Assembly (NCBI GenBank): GCA_051942245.1 | Contig: JAVECL010000090.1 | Coordinates: 1-56,553, forward strand | Origin: Trypethelium eluteriae | Taxonomy: Eukaryota | DNA: 56,553 bases | Direction of reading: 5' to 3' | Part shown: in pieces, positions 21,070 through 33,209 of the stretch | Position numbering within the stretch: position 1 is the stretch's first letter | Layout of the letters: each line of letters opens with the position of its first letter | Program-made: the position numbers and the translations under genes | Notes under the pieces: model-generated | What the model saw: only the letters and a program-made list of their open reading frames with translations | What the model was told of the DNA's origin: nothing | Database searches by the model: none

Positions 21070-23107
21070 ATGTCGGGTGTTGAAGGCACGAAGCGAGCGA
21101 GCGCGGTCGGTCTCCCCTTTGCTTTTCCTGGCGCACATTGACTAAGACGCCTGCAGGCTTGTGAAAACCGCGATCCTCTATCCGTTGTCATTGTGGGTGC
21201 TGGTCTGGGAGGCTTATGTTGTGCCATCGCGTGCGCACGGTCCGACCTGTCTGTTATAGTTCTTGAGAAGAGTGCTCAATTAACAGAGGTAGGCTAACTC
21301 GCGGAGCGATTTGTGAATTTTCCAATAGAGCACCGTCGGTGACTCCGATATCACCATGGGATGTCCGCTTTGCTTCACCCCGATCTTTATCGTCCAAATG
21401 ATCGGATCTCTGCGAAGCGGTAGCATCTAGATACTCCATGCAATTATTTCTACATGAGTGCTTTTCCCAAACAAGAAGTTCTTACACCTCTCAGCTCGGT
21501 GCAGGAATATCCCTTCCTCCAAATGCTATCCGCGTTCTTGATCATTTCGGCCTCATGCCGGCGATACGAGCGGCTGGTGCCGTCACAGCAGAACGTTATC
21601 GAGTCTTCGACTATCATACGGGCGATGTTTTAGCTACGCGCCCCGGTATGGACAAGGACGGTCGAAAGTGGATGGAGGAGGCATTTGGGTATTGCCATCA
21701 GTAAGGGTGGACTATGTCACACTTTGACACGTATTGAGCACTGAGTCGGGACTTCAGTTTCATTCATCGGGTTGACTACCAGCGAATCTTAGTCGCGGAG
21801 GCACGACGACTTCGTGTAGACATAAGGTTAGGCGCCGAAGTCAGAGAAGTCAAGTGCTACGAAACGGGCCCCTTCGTGCAATTGTCCAATGGAGAAAAGG
21901 TGTGTGGTGATGTTATCGTAGGGGCTGATGGTAGGTTACGAATTATCTCGAATCCCAATTCAAACTTTGAATGAACTTACATTCGCAGGTATAATGTCTC
22001 GGGTTCGCACAGATATCCTTGGATGCGTGAGGCAGCCTCAGCCGACTGGCGACTTAGCTTATCGCGCGACCATTCCCCGTGCCCAAGTTGAAGCACTCCT
22101 TGGATCTTTTCCGCGACTGAATGGAATTCTCCATGCGAACGAGCAATGGACATGGTGGGGACCAAATTCGCACATCATGTTCTACCCCATTAAGGACTGC
22201 CAGATCTTCAATATGGTATTGCTGTATGTAAATCTATCTCTTAAATAAAGCCTTCCCAGCTAACTCATCCAAAGATGTCCGGACGATCTTCCAGAGAACG
22301 TGCGAAGAGCTGACGCGGACATCGACCAGATGAGAGGTCTGTTCAAAGACTGGGATCCGCTGTAGGTAAAAGTAACTTCTCTTTCCGGCCTTGTCGAAAT
22401 GTGTTCTGATTGAAACTATGAGATATCCAGACTTCAGTCCCTGGTCGCTCAAGTCTCGAGTGTTCTCAAATGGAAGCTTCAGCACATGGAGGAGCTAAAG
22501 TTTTGGACGAAGGTAATTCTGGTCCCTTTCGAATGCAGGAAGCTCAAGAATGAGCTCGTCTTTTTCGTAATTCGCTGACGTAACCCTCTTTTAGGGTTGT
22601 GTAGCCCTAATTGGTGATGCGTGCCATCCCTCTCTTCCATATCAAGGTCAGGGCTCGGCCATGGCCGCAGAGGATGGCCTCTGTCTCGGCACCCTTCTCG
22701 GTCTGCTTTACTCGAAACGACAGAGATCACAAGCAGGCGGTGCCAGCTCCAGTGACGGAACAAAAGATGGAGCGTACGAATTTCCTCTCTTCCATCCCAC
22801 AGTCCCAGAAGTACTTGGCCTTTACGAGTCTCTTCGTAAGCAGCGTACGACTATCAATATTCGGGTCGCGCTCGATAACAGATCTCTGTATCATATGGTT
22901 GATCCATCGACGATCGCGGAGCGAAATGAATGGCTCAAAGGGCTGAATTGGGAACCACCAGAGAATGAGCATGAGATATCCGCGAATCTCAAGCCAAAGG
23001 GTAAGTGCTGGAAATGGGGGCACATGAGATACCAGACCGATTTGCTGGGATGGGACACGCATGCGGAGGCCGTGAGGGAGTTCGAACGACATTTTGAAAA
23101 GGTGTGA
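21070..23107 (+). CDS. FAD-dependent monooxygenase (salicylate hydroxylase-like, group A flavoprotein)
   Basis: Exons ~21070-21105 (first exon tentative; alternative ATG 21058), 21157-21288, 21495-21700, 21758-21930, 21989-22223, 22275-22361, 22431-22512, 22595-23107. Motifs VVIVGAGLGGL, LGAGISLPPNA, HRVDY, DVIVGADG, TGDLAYR, LIGDACHPSLPYQGQGSAMAAEDG. Confidence 0.92.
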
Positions 23108-24771
23108 TAGAATTGAGGCAAAGAAGCCACACTTAGCCTCGCTCTAAAGGATAATAACAGCGCTTGCAACTCTCTGCTGTGCTTACTGTAAAGCATAGTG
23201 ACTTGTGACTCGGTCTACAGCTCCACAAGCTGTTGCTTGAATTGACCTAGACAACACTGTATCCAACGCACGAAATATAGAAGTCCTTAGCTGTCACTCT
23301 CCAAGCAAGATGATACTTAGTCTCTTTCATGAACTGCGAATCTTAGTTCAATAGGAGAGTTTGGAGAAAACTTGTGAATAGGAGCAAGCTTTGAGATTCG
23401 AGACAATAAATGGCAGGCCTTATTGCCGGATCAGGCAGACTCGCCCAATTGTGTTTTGACTCGAGATTCCTATGCCATCCTTATCCATTCTCTATCTGCC
23501 TTAGCGCTTGAGCTTTCAGATGTGTTCGACTTTTGGACCTTTACCAATGCACCACTTGAACTCTTTTACACATCGTGGAAGTGTAAGATGGCTATGGGTG
23601 ATGCTGTTTCATGATACCTACAATCTTCTGCCATCAATACAATAATGCTGTATATTGCCGCTTCTTGGACTGCAAAAGGTTGAGAAAATTAGGAAACAAC
23701 TGTATTCCGGAGGCCGTCAACTCAGCCGCGCTGGGTTTCAGACTCTAATTCTATAGAATAGACGTTGAGCTTGTCGACTCCAAGTGTACAGGGGTGTTGT
23801 TGTGTAAAGTACGGAGTATGGTCACTATGGTGGTTTGACATTCATTAGCTGAAGGTCGTCGGCGGGGCTCCATGCCAACTTGGGGAGTCATAGCGATGTG
23901 GACACGAGTTTCAGTCCTTAATTTCAAGGATCGCTAGATAGACCTCAATCAGTCAATCCGAGGATTGAGGTATGCAGGTGAAGAAAGTTCGTACTGGATT
24001 GGATTCGACCAGGCCAGACTCCGAGCCCTGTGATCGCCATTCGCCCCCAGCTTTGAGGTGTGGGGGCCGCGGCCAAAGTGCCGATCGAGGCTGGCGTTAG
24101 CGATCGCTACGACGTCGTCACTGGCGGCACGGCACGCTCGCAGGAATTGGTGGTTTGCACAGGGACGATACCGCACTAGGGATAGAATGTCTCAATGCCA
24201 CTTCAAAGCGCTACACCCTCATTGAACTTTTTCCAGTCGCTTAAGCTCTTGCTTCTTTTCCTTGTATGTGCTTTTTACATTAGAGTATGCTGGCCACCCA
24301 TCGAAGAACCCGAGTGCTGACGTCTGAGCCATTCTAATTAGGCCTTCCCCGTATTGTGCAGAATTGCGTGGGTGCATTGATCATAGTTGAGTTGGCTGTA
24401 TATTTTCTGAAATGAAATGTACACCCAGCCCTGAAGGTTTGCCGGAAAGTGCCGAGCACGCTTGCATAAAGCTGTGCTCTGATGAAGTCGAACTCATGGG
24501 CCACCAACAAGCTCCGCTCAGCTCATTTCAGTTAGTGGATACATTCGGAATTCGAGACCTAGGTTCGCATCTCAGCGGCATGGATGCAGCAATATTCGTA
24601 ATCCCGCCTGAATGGAATGGCCCCTTGGCATTGCATTTCACCCTGTCCTCTTTAGGCGATCAGTGCTTCTCTCAGCTTGTAGCTTAATAAGGTAGAGTAA
24701 GAAGAGAAACCTTCACTCCATTCAAATACCGTCAACCACAGCCGTTCCGTCAGCACACAACCTCGCAGGTC

Positions 24772-26060
24772 ATGGCGTCGCCTGACTCAGAGGATGCTGC
24801 CTATCTGGCACAGGATAGGCAGGGTCAGTTGATTGCACTTAACGTAGTCATGGCCACGATTGCTACAGCCTCTGTGGCATTGCGATTCTATGCTAGAAAG
24901 ACTTCAAAGGCTGGATACTGGTGGGATGATTGGATGTGTCTTGCTTCCTTGGTGAGCACGGGCTCTTCACATCAATTGCGGAGAATTGTCGCTGATACAA
25001 CCTCTACAGCCGATAACCTTGACAGTGAACATCTTCAGCGCTGAGTGTAAGTCCGAAGCTACCCATTACGTGAAGACCGTAGTGACGAAGCATTCCTTTC
25101 AGTCGTGGACACTGGACAGGGAAAGCATGACGTAACGTTGCCATGGGGAGACACAAGATATCTCCACCAACTCTACTTCGAGCTCCTCTTTTACAACGCC
25201 AGCTTGGTCTTCTTTAAACTCTCGCTTTTGTTCCTGTATAATAGAGTCTTCTCGCGATTTACTTGGCTCAAATTTGTTACCTGGACTCTGGGGGTGCTCA
25301 TTATGATGTGGCTAGTAGCAGTCGAGTTCGTCTTGATCTTCCAATGCAGCCCCCTTCGAAGAGCCTGGGATGAGAAGGTACCAGGCAAATGCCTGAATCA
25401 GAAATCGCTGTTCATCGCGCAATCCGTCCCGACAATTACCTTCGATGTCTCGGTTCTCTCGATCGCGATACCCTTAGTCTGGATGATACAGCTTCCACGT
25501 TCCTCCAAGATTGCACTTATCGGAGTCTTTGGAATGGGAGGAATGTGAGTCACACAATGCCTCTGAAACGTTTTCCCGCTAATTTTGCCAAAGTGTTACT
25601 CTTATCAGTATCATGCGACTGTACTATACGCTTCAGACAGTATATTCTGACTTCACCTGTCCGTCTCCGAAAAGCCGTCTTGCATCGTTCAGTTGATTGT
25701 TGATAATTTGATACAGGGAATTACACGACGCTCGCACTGTGGTCTGAATGCGAAGGCCCGATCGGTCTCTTAAGCGCATGCTTACCCACTTTCGGCGGCA
25801 TCATCAAGAGACTCCTTGGGAAATTCCGAATAAAGCTTGCGGGAACCCGCTCAAAGCCAAGTGCCGACCACAGTTATGCCTCCAGGGAACCCCGTTCGGC
25901 CCTTTCAAATCGGGTCACTGCGGGATCTGACTCGACCGCCGACCTTGCGAATGGTGATCACACGGATCATATCAAGATGGGGGACTTGCAGCCGGATGGA
26001 ATTTATGTTAAAAAGGATATACGTATTTCAGATGAACAATGTCAAAGAGATTTTGTATGA
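24772..26060 (+). CDS. PTH11-like integral membrane protein (fungal rhodopsin-like 7TM domain, no CFEM)
   Basis: Exons 24772-24951, 25010-25046, 25103-25544, 25594-25658, 25717-26060. Motifs VALRFYAR, WWDDW, GQGKH, KLSLLFLYNRVF, FQCSP..WD..PGKC, IPLVWMIQL..KIALIGVFGMG, SIMRL, WSECEGPIGLLSACLP. Confidence 0.9.
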
Positions 26061-26175
26061 AACTAGCGTAGCGTACCTAAACTTGCTGTATCTATGTTGC
26101 ATATCTCAACATATCCTCAAATGTCCCAAGGACTTGGCTTTTTGAACCATCTGCCCAGAACCAATCTCCATAGCT

Positions 26176-27183
26176 TTATTTTCTTGTGGCCAGGATGAGG
26201 ACTACGGGCCAAGTAATTTGCATAGCTCCGTCTGGTCCACCCATGGCCCTTTCCAACTCCGCATAGTATTGATCAGTCCCGATCTCTTGAGCAAACTGTT
26301 CTGTGAACTGCGGTAACAGCACACCGATGAATCTCTTAACGCCCTCAATATTCCAAGTCTTCGACCAGAAACTCCGATCCGCGACATCGTATCTCTCCTC
26401 ATCATCGCGCTGTTGGTATTTTGTTACCACCGCATGATCGCAGGCCGCCTCGTCATAGAAGCTCAACGGCCGGTCCGCATTCCATTTCCGCCGCTGCACC
26501 TTGCCCCATGTGCTCTCCGGCAACTCCAGATCATCCAGCCAGGAGAACAGTCTTGTCGTCGTCTGCTCCCAATGGGTGCCCTTCATCGGTCGGATACGCG
26601 AGTAAGCCCGGATGCAAATCTCGTCGAAGATGCGCTGGCATCGCGCCGCTTTGGTTGTCGCGCAGCTCTGCGAGACGGGGTCGACGAAGATGGGGCGGCC
26701 GTAGAACCAAATAGCGAGGGTGCCGCCAGGGGCGAGGACTTCGCTGAAGGAGTTAAGCGCTTTGGGAGCATCCATGAGGGGTATGGCCTCAGCGACAGTG
26801 AGCAGATCGGCGGTTCCTGGAGATGTGATACCGGTTTGGGAGATGGTTTCTCCGTTGGCTTTGTAGACTGTTACATTGGCGATGCCATCGCGGGCCAGGC
26901 GTTGCTTTGCAACCTCGACGTGAGTGTCGCCAGGGTCGGAAGCGTGCACTTTGTCGAAGCGCTTAGAGAAGACGGCAGCTGCATTTCCTGGGCCGGTGCC
27001 GATGTCTTCAGCAAGATTCCACCGGTTGTTGCCAGCCTTCGTATGGTAGTCGTAAATCAGATCGTAGAAAGCGGATGAGTAAGTAGGACGTGAGTCAAGA
27101 TAGATATCCCAATACGAATGATTTATCTTTTGTGCATTGAAGACGACGCTACCTTTGTCTTGAGTTGAGCTCGTTGCGGACAT
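26176..27183 (-). CDS. Class I SAM-dependent methyltransferase (Tmt1/Crg1-like small-molecule MT)
   Basis: Intronless, ATG at 27183. YLDSRPTYS, motif I AEDIGTGPG, VHASDP, ADLLTVAEAIPLMD, LAPGGTLAIWFY, C-terminal WPVVLILATRK. Confidence 0.9.
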   Translation of the reverse strand: MSATSSTQDKGSVVFNAQKINHSYWDIYLDSRPTYSSAFYDLIYDYHTKAGNNRWNLAEDIGTGPGNAAAVFSKRFDKVHASDPGDTHVEVAKQRLARDGIANVTVYKANGETISQTGITSPGTADLLTVAEAIPLMDAPKALNSFSEVLAPGGTLAIWFYGRPIFVDPVSQSCATTKAARCQRIFDEICIRAYSRIRPMKGTHWEQTTTRLFSWLDDLELPESTWGKVQRRKWNADRPLSFYDEAACDHAVVTKYQQRDDEERYDVADRSFWSKTWNIEGVKRFIGVLLPQFTEQFAQEIGTDQYYAELERAMGGPDGAMQITWPVVLILATRK

Positions 27184-28597
27184 GATGACCTCCAGCACGC
27201 CTAACGCCCAAGTCTTTGATAGAAGGAGATACGGAGGTATATGGAAGAGAGACTGCAGAAGCTGTAGGAGCTGAAAGGTGATTACCTGCTTGAGCTGGCC
27301 CCACGTTAGCAGCTGATGGCTCTCCCGCTTTCAATGCAGGAGGCGTTGCTGCCTGTCGTTTGTGAGCGCATACGAGCGCGGCGGATTACGCATAGATGTC
27401 GCTCGGTACCCCACACACACTCGATCATCGTAAGCTGAGCTTGGCATAGATTATTCCATCAAAGTAGCCATTGGAACACTCATTGCTTTGTTAGGCAAGC
27501 GTGCTGGGAAGGGTGTTGCTCGCCCTCGAGGAACACAGTGATAGGAAGACGAAGAAGGGAAAAGGCCGGCCACGGCCCGTGCCGCCATTGAAGCTGCCTA
27601 GTAGAACTCCGGTCGTTCTGTCACCCGCTTCCCGTGGCATCAAGCAGACATCTCTTATCTGCACCCTTTGGCCCAAGAGACTGACTGAGATCTGTCCGTC
27701 CATGGGTTAGTTATGTAGGCTCCTGCACCTTACATCCTAGAATTCGCAAGTTGACAAAAAGGCGCTTCTCGTTCAACGTAAGGCCACACTTTCCGCAAGT
27801 CGAAGGCTAGGCAACTGCGAGTGCCCCACCCTCCTGTGTCTTCGGATGTCCGTGCTTGTGAGTGGCACTGACGTTGACCCGCATTCTACTCCACCCAACT
27901 ACCCAACCGTGCCGCCGTCGGTCTCTGTTGGCCAAGACCTGAGGCCACAACCGGCTCAAAACGAACCATTATCCAATGCCTAATAGATTTTCACAATGTG
28001 AAGGGGAAGATTCTCTGTCGAAAGTCTAGACCATTGGTTAAGCACTTCCTTAAGCTACCGTAGCCAAGGATATTACGATCGACATCTGTCTTACAAAGCG
28101 AGCTATTTTAGCCAGCTAATGCGTGCTTTGTCAAGATCAAAGCAGGAGTCTATTGGAGAATGCTACCACACTTTAGAGAAAGACGTCACTCAGCCAGCGG
28201 ATTCACGACCACGGATGAAGTGGCCACTGGGTACCAGAATCTGGCCCGCTAGGTATCAGTCAAGACGATGTGTCACCGCATCCGTCAGTCGATGGAAGCG
28301 TCGACTTTCCATCAAAGCATGTCATCGTAGGAAACCAAATGATGTTTTGTCACATGTAAAGGAGCCCTACGAAGGGTCAAACCAGAGGTCATTGTAACAG
28401 CAGATCGAAGGAAGCGGGTTTCGTCCAGCGGAGAAGATCACTTCAACTCGTCAGAAGTACAGTTGTGGAGAAACATACGAATCCCGGACGTCTCTGTTAT
28501 AAAACTCTGAATCCCAGTGGGAAGTACTCCGTATTCGTCGAATTATCTCATCAAGCAAATGTGGGCAATCCACGCGAAGTGCTGCAGTTTGGCCGCG

Positions 28598-29922
28598 TCA
28601 ATCAAAGTAGCACTTCAATTCAAGACCTTTGAGTTGATCCTTCAGACTTTGGATGACAGGGTCAATCTCAGGTTCCAAGCTACAGTTTTGCCCATCATGA
28701 CGATAGTTGGAACCAAACGGTCCGCTCATAGAACGGTAGTTCGGGTGTCGCATACCATCGATGGACTCGGCGGTCTCAGCAAAGCTCAGACCCAAGAACG
28801 GTCGTTCGGGCGCTGGACCAAAAAGCTTTCGCGCGTGCATTTCCTTCGAAAGAGCACCGAGGAGCAAAGAGCGGCATTCGAATGAGCATCCGTGGCGATC
28901 ATGATATAGGTCGTCAAGAAGATTGTGCAATGCTGAAATGAGTCGTTCGACTGCGTCTTGTCTCTGTTGCTCGATATCATCTATCACACAATTAGTGCGT
29001 CACTCATCGTAGACTGAATGTATAATTTTGTACCAATTACTCTTTGTCTGATGGGTAAGCCTAATGTCCGGACTGGTCCTCTGCTGTTCCTCAAAGCAAC
29101 ACTCGTAGATGCGTGAAACTCCACAGATCGACGAAAGACTGAGGATATGCAGATCCACAATACCACGTCTCTCGAGTATGCAGTCGGCATGGAACGTCCT
29201 AAATTGGTAATCCACATGTCAGAGAAGAGTTCCACGGCTTCGTCGCACTCGTAGAAATCAACGAGAATAGCGATCCTGGCGAGCATTTCGAGAGAGATAG
29301 TCTTGGGAACGCTCCGGTTTCGGCCATGTATGATGTTCATAATGATCAGCATCGCCTCCAGGTCCCAATCTTTCAGTCCCATTCGGACACATTCCTGGGT
29401 TTGGAGTGAATCACTTTCCTTCCAGCCGCCTTTAAGAGCTCGTTTGAAGTATGGCGAAGCTATAATCAGGTGTCTTGAAGATACCCGTATCTCTGCGCTT
29501 CTCGATTCGACGGGTTCGGGCTTAAGCTCCGGCTCGGGTCCAGACTCAAGTTCGGGCTCGGGTTCAGCCTGAGGCTCGGGCACAGGCACAGGCTCAGGCT
29601 CAGGCACAGGCTCAGGCTCAGGCGTAGGTGCAGGCGCAGGCTCAGACGGAGGCTCAGGCGGAACCGTCAAGTACCACGTCGGTATGCGTTTCTTGCCCTT
29701 TTTCTTTTTCTCACTTCGCACGGAAGAGGCAGGAATGTGTGACGGATAGTCTTCGAAATCACCCTCTGTATTGAAGGCCGGTAGGGGATTCTCAATTCGC
29801 ACGGAAGAGGCAGGAATGTGTGACGGATAGTCTCCGAAATCACCCTCTATATTGAAGGCCAGTAGGGGATTCTCAAATACAAGACGAACATCTCCGTCTA
29901 TATCAACTCCATAGAACGCCAT
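28598..29922 (-). CDS. Fungal BTB/POZ domain protein
   Basis: Exons 29922-29034 and 28980-28598 (intron 29033-28981). VDIDGDVRLV, IRVSSRHLIIASPYFKRALKGGWKES, DLEAMLIIMNIIHGRNRSVP, LARIAILVDFYEC, CSFECRSLLLGAL. Confidence 0.88.
29510..29660 (-). repeat. Pro/Glu dipeptide low-complexity repeat (6-bp units) in the BTB gene
   Basis: Runs of ggctca/ggcaca/ggctcg encoding PEPEPVPEPEPVPVPEPQAEPEPE. Confidence 0.8.
29715..29876 (-). repeat. 81-bp (27-aa) tandem duplication in the BTB gene
   Basis: ENPLLAFNIEGDFGDYPSHIPASSVRI / ENPLPAFNTEGDFEDYPSHIPASSVRS; copies begin at 29715 and 29796 on the + strand with few mismatches. Confidence 0.92.
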
Positions 29923-32900
29923 ACTTGCTTGTCGCTGTTGATATTGCGCTATTCTCACTAATTTCGCACATCAGTGGGGTTAGACCGGCGATATCTAGAG
30001 TACTACGATAAGACTAGGACGAAAGAAGTTAGAGTAAGCGCATACCTGACTCTTCGCCAACTCTCGAGCACGCCGTACGCGATAGAACAAGATGAAGCAT
30101 CCAGTACGACGACTATTCTGCGAACGATATTGCGGATTTCAAGACTTCTGGAAGCTGCCAGACTTGTGCAGCAAACCGTAGGCTATCCATTTGCAGTTGA
30201 TGTGCCACCTATAATCGTAGTTCATAGTACATGGAAACCCGTGATTGACTGCGACACAGGACGGTGACATCACAGTCTGTTTTCCATGACCAGATAAATG
30301 TACGATCGTCGTTCGAAAAAGGTCTGTGAAGCTCGACAGTGAAATCGAGTGAATCTCAAAGATTTAGGTTGAACTCCAGGCAAGAGGTACAGAGACTTCG
30401 ACGGTGAAAAGAGACAGCACTCTCATTTGACTTATTCCCGTGGGTTAAATGATCTCCTCAGAATGTGGGCTCGCACAAAGCGATCGGTAGCGCAAGAACC
30501 TGGGCATCTTCATTCCTCAGGATCCTCAAGGTTCAACATGGTATGAGATGAGACCCACAGGGTCGCCTTGGTCGTATCGGTTTTGGTCGCTGATATGTGA
30601 AGCTGGGTACAAACAAGACGAGTAATTTGATCATTGTCCCCTTCTAATCTTGGCATCTGGCACAGATGAAATGCGACCTCTAGGAATCAAGATGGAGAAG
30701 CAAACGTGTAGATATACGGACACTCGCTGGCTTGGGAGTCCTGACGGCACCTCTGGTCTGCCGCATGTTTGTGATATTATACACACAGACACAAGCGATA
30801 AGAATGGGGCCTGGAACACACGTCGCCGACCAAGGCGGAACAACTTGAGAAGGGTACATACCAAGCTCGAGCGGAGGCTGGAGTATGTCTTTCGACAGGG
30901 CTGATCAACAAGCGCTGAGTCCCAGTACTTGCATCTCCTGATAAGTACTTAGGTTGAGCGGGCCTCCATTGGAGCTTCTTCCATCCGGCTGATTGATAAA
31001 TAGCGGGTTCTTCGGTGTGACGCATCGCCGTTGGTGGCTAATCAATGGGTCAACTTAGCAGGATCTATCGCCGGAGAAGTAGTCCATTGGATGGCGGTAT
31101 AAGTGCGGCTTCTGTATCTTCTGCACACTCACTTTGCAAGCGACAGTACAGAAGAGTTGCTTGCAGGCTGCTATCTTGTCTTCCCGATCCAATCTTCCTT
31201 CTTCTGTGCAATCTTGATCGTGTGTGTATCTATGCTCACACCATTTGGCAGGGAATTTGAGTCGCGGACATGATAAAGTACCTTATTCTCCAATTGCTAC
31301 ATCCTCGGTCAATGTAGAGGCGAATTCGGCCGCGTCAGCCAGTCCCTTATGACTCGAAGTGCAACTCCTTACGATTCATATTTACGCTTTGTCTGGCTGC
31401 CGGGTAAGGTATGAGGCCTGATAATTTCACGACTTCTTGAGGCTCATTTGTGCATTATTGCACGTGTTCACGAGTCGAGCGTCCCGGAAACCGTGGTGTC
31501 CACAGACTCGGGTCCAATATGATACGAAGTAATAGACCAGGTCTTCGTAGCCGCCGTCTCGCCCAATTGTCCCTCCTGGCCGTTACATCAAAAGTTGTTC
31601 TCACTGACCGCAAAATTTTCTGATACGGCCACGATGAGTAGAGGTCAGGGTAGCTGATTCGACTCAGGAGAACTTCTCTTGGTAGGAAGCGCGATCTTCG
31701 TGTTCTAGATCCAGCAAGTATATCTTGGAGTCTGACAAGGATGTCGATCGCAAAGGCTTAATCGACCTGCATATAAAACTCCAGATCGTGTTGATAACAA
31801 ATCATTCTTGAAACCCGGATGAGGCCATTTCCACGGAAATATTCTTCGCGAACTTGTCGAGGCTGCTCCGGTAATCGGACTCGTCTCTGACCTACTGATT
31901 TCATCCGGCACACTCAAGTCGTACCCGGTCGCTGTCGCATTGGATACAACTAACCAGTGGCCGGCTTTCGTTGGGCTATGTGGGGCTCGAACATATTCCA
32001 CGATTCATGAACAGCGGCTGCACCTGCTAAACAATCGTTCATCGTCGGCTCTGAAGGACGCGATGCAGCGTCTTGTGTCAGAATCCCTGCTCAATTTGAA
32101 TGCGCCCCTTGGCATAACGAGCCTGGCATGGCGGGCATCGGACCACTCGTTCGCGCGGGAGAAACCAGGTCGAGGCAACTGGAGTGTGGAGAAGCCGATA
32201 AAATGAGGCCAGTGCATCGTAGCCAGATCTGAGACCAGGGCAGTGGGAGAATTATGGCGTGATGGGTACACTATCAGTACATACTGAATAACGGTCTCGC
32301 TGCCTTAGGGTATCTTCGACAGGTTCGCTCAAGCGGCTTTTTCATGTTATGCCTTGGTCTCGGCGGATACGAACAGCGTCTTTGTAATTGTCGCAATTGT
32401 GTAATGCGCAGTACAGGGGCTGTTAGAAGTGCAACTCCACCCTGCCTCATCCCAAAGCTTGACGCACAGACAGAATGTTTGCACCTCGGTGCTTGGGATG
32501 TATTGAGACGAAACCAACTTACTCCCAGTAAGTAAGTCCCGAAGTGCCGGAGTCCAAGGGGGATCGAGGCACCAAGAGCCAGCTGGTAGGAGTCGCCTCG
32601 GCTGCGCTTACCGACGGAAGAAGCAATGGTTGGCTCGAAGAGGGGACTAGGAGAATTAGATGCGTTCCGATAGCGCCACATACTAGGGGTGCTAGGCACG
32701 CTTATTTGAACTACCTAGACCCTGTGTATTTGATGGAAACTTCTTTATCGTTGTGAACCCCTATTGGGCGACTTCTTGAGATCATTCCACATTCCGGTAT
32801 CCAGGATTTTATCCCGGATGGCTCATGACTTGGTGCGCCACCCTACTCATGCATGATGCGACCTCATCTACCAACCGTGTCGGTTCTCCGGCGTGTCATC

Positions 32901-33209
32901 TCTTACCTCATGCGACTGTGTGGCACGACTCTTGAACGTCGAGTAATGAGGTGTATTCTATGGAGAGGATGAAGGAAGGTTCAGGTCAAGGGCGCGAAAG
33001 ATCTGGAGACGAGAAATTGGTTCCCGCCGATATTCGTTCATGCCGGAAGGGACTCTTAAGACAAAGGGGATAAACTTTTCAACTCGTACAGAGGTTCAGT
33101 ATTGTACACGTTTGCCACAAATCGGGACCGCCGATGGAGAGCATCAGGAGCCAGCGCCTGAAGTTACTCAAGACTCGGCGTGCAATTGTCCGAAAGAGCC
33201 CTGCTCTCC

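Noticed and set aside
24098..24120. Adjacent palindromes TAGCGATCGCTA and ACGACGTCGT
   Set aside because: Short palindromes are expected by chance in 56 kb; no supporting context
30300..33200. About 3-kb gene-free interval with many 60-140-aa ORFs
   Set aside because: No domain, codon pattern or repeat structure recognised; a degraded gene cannot be excluded
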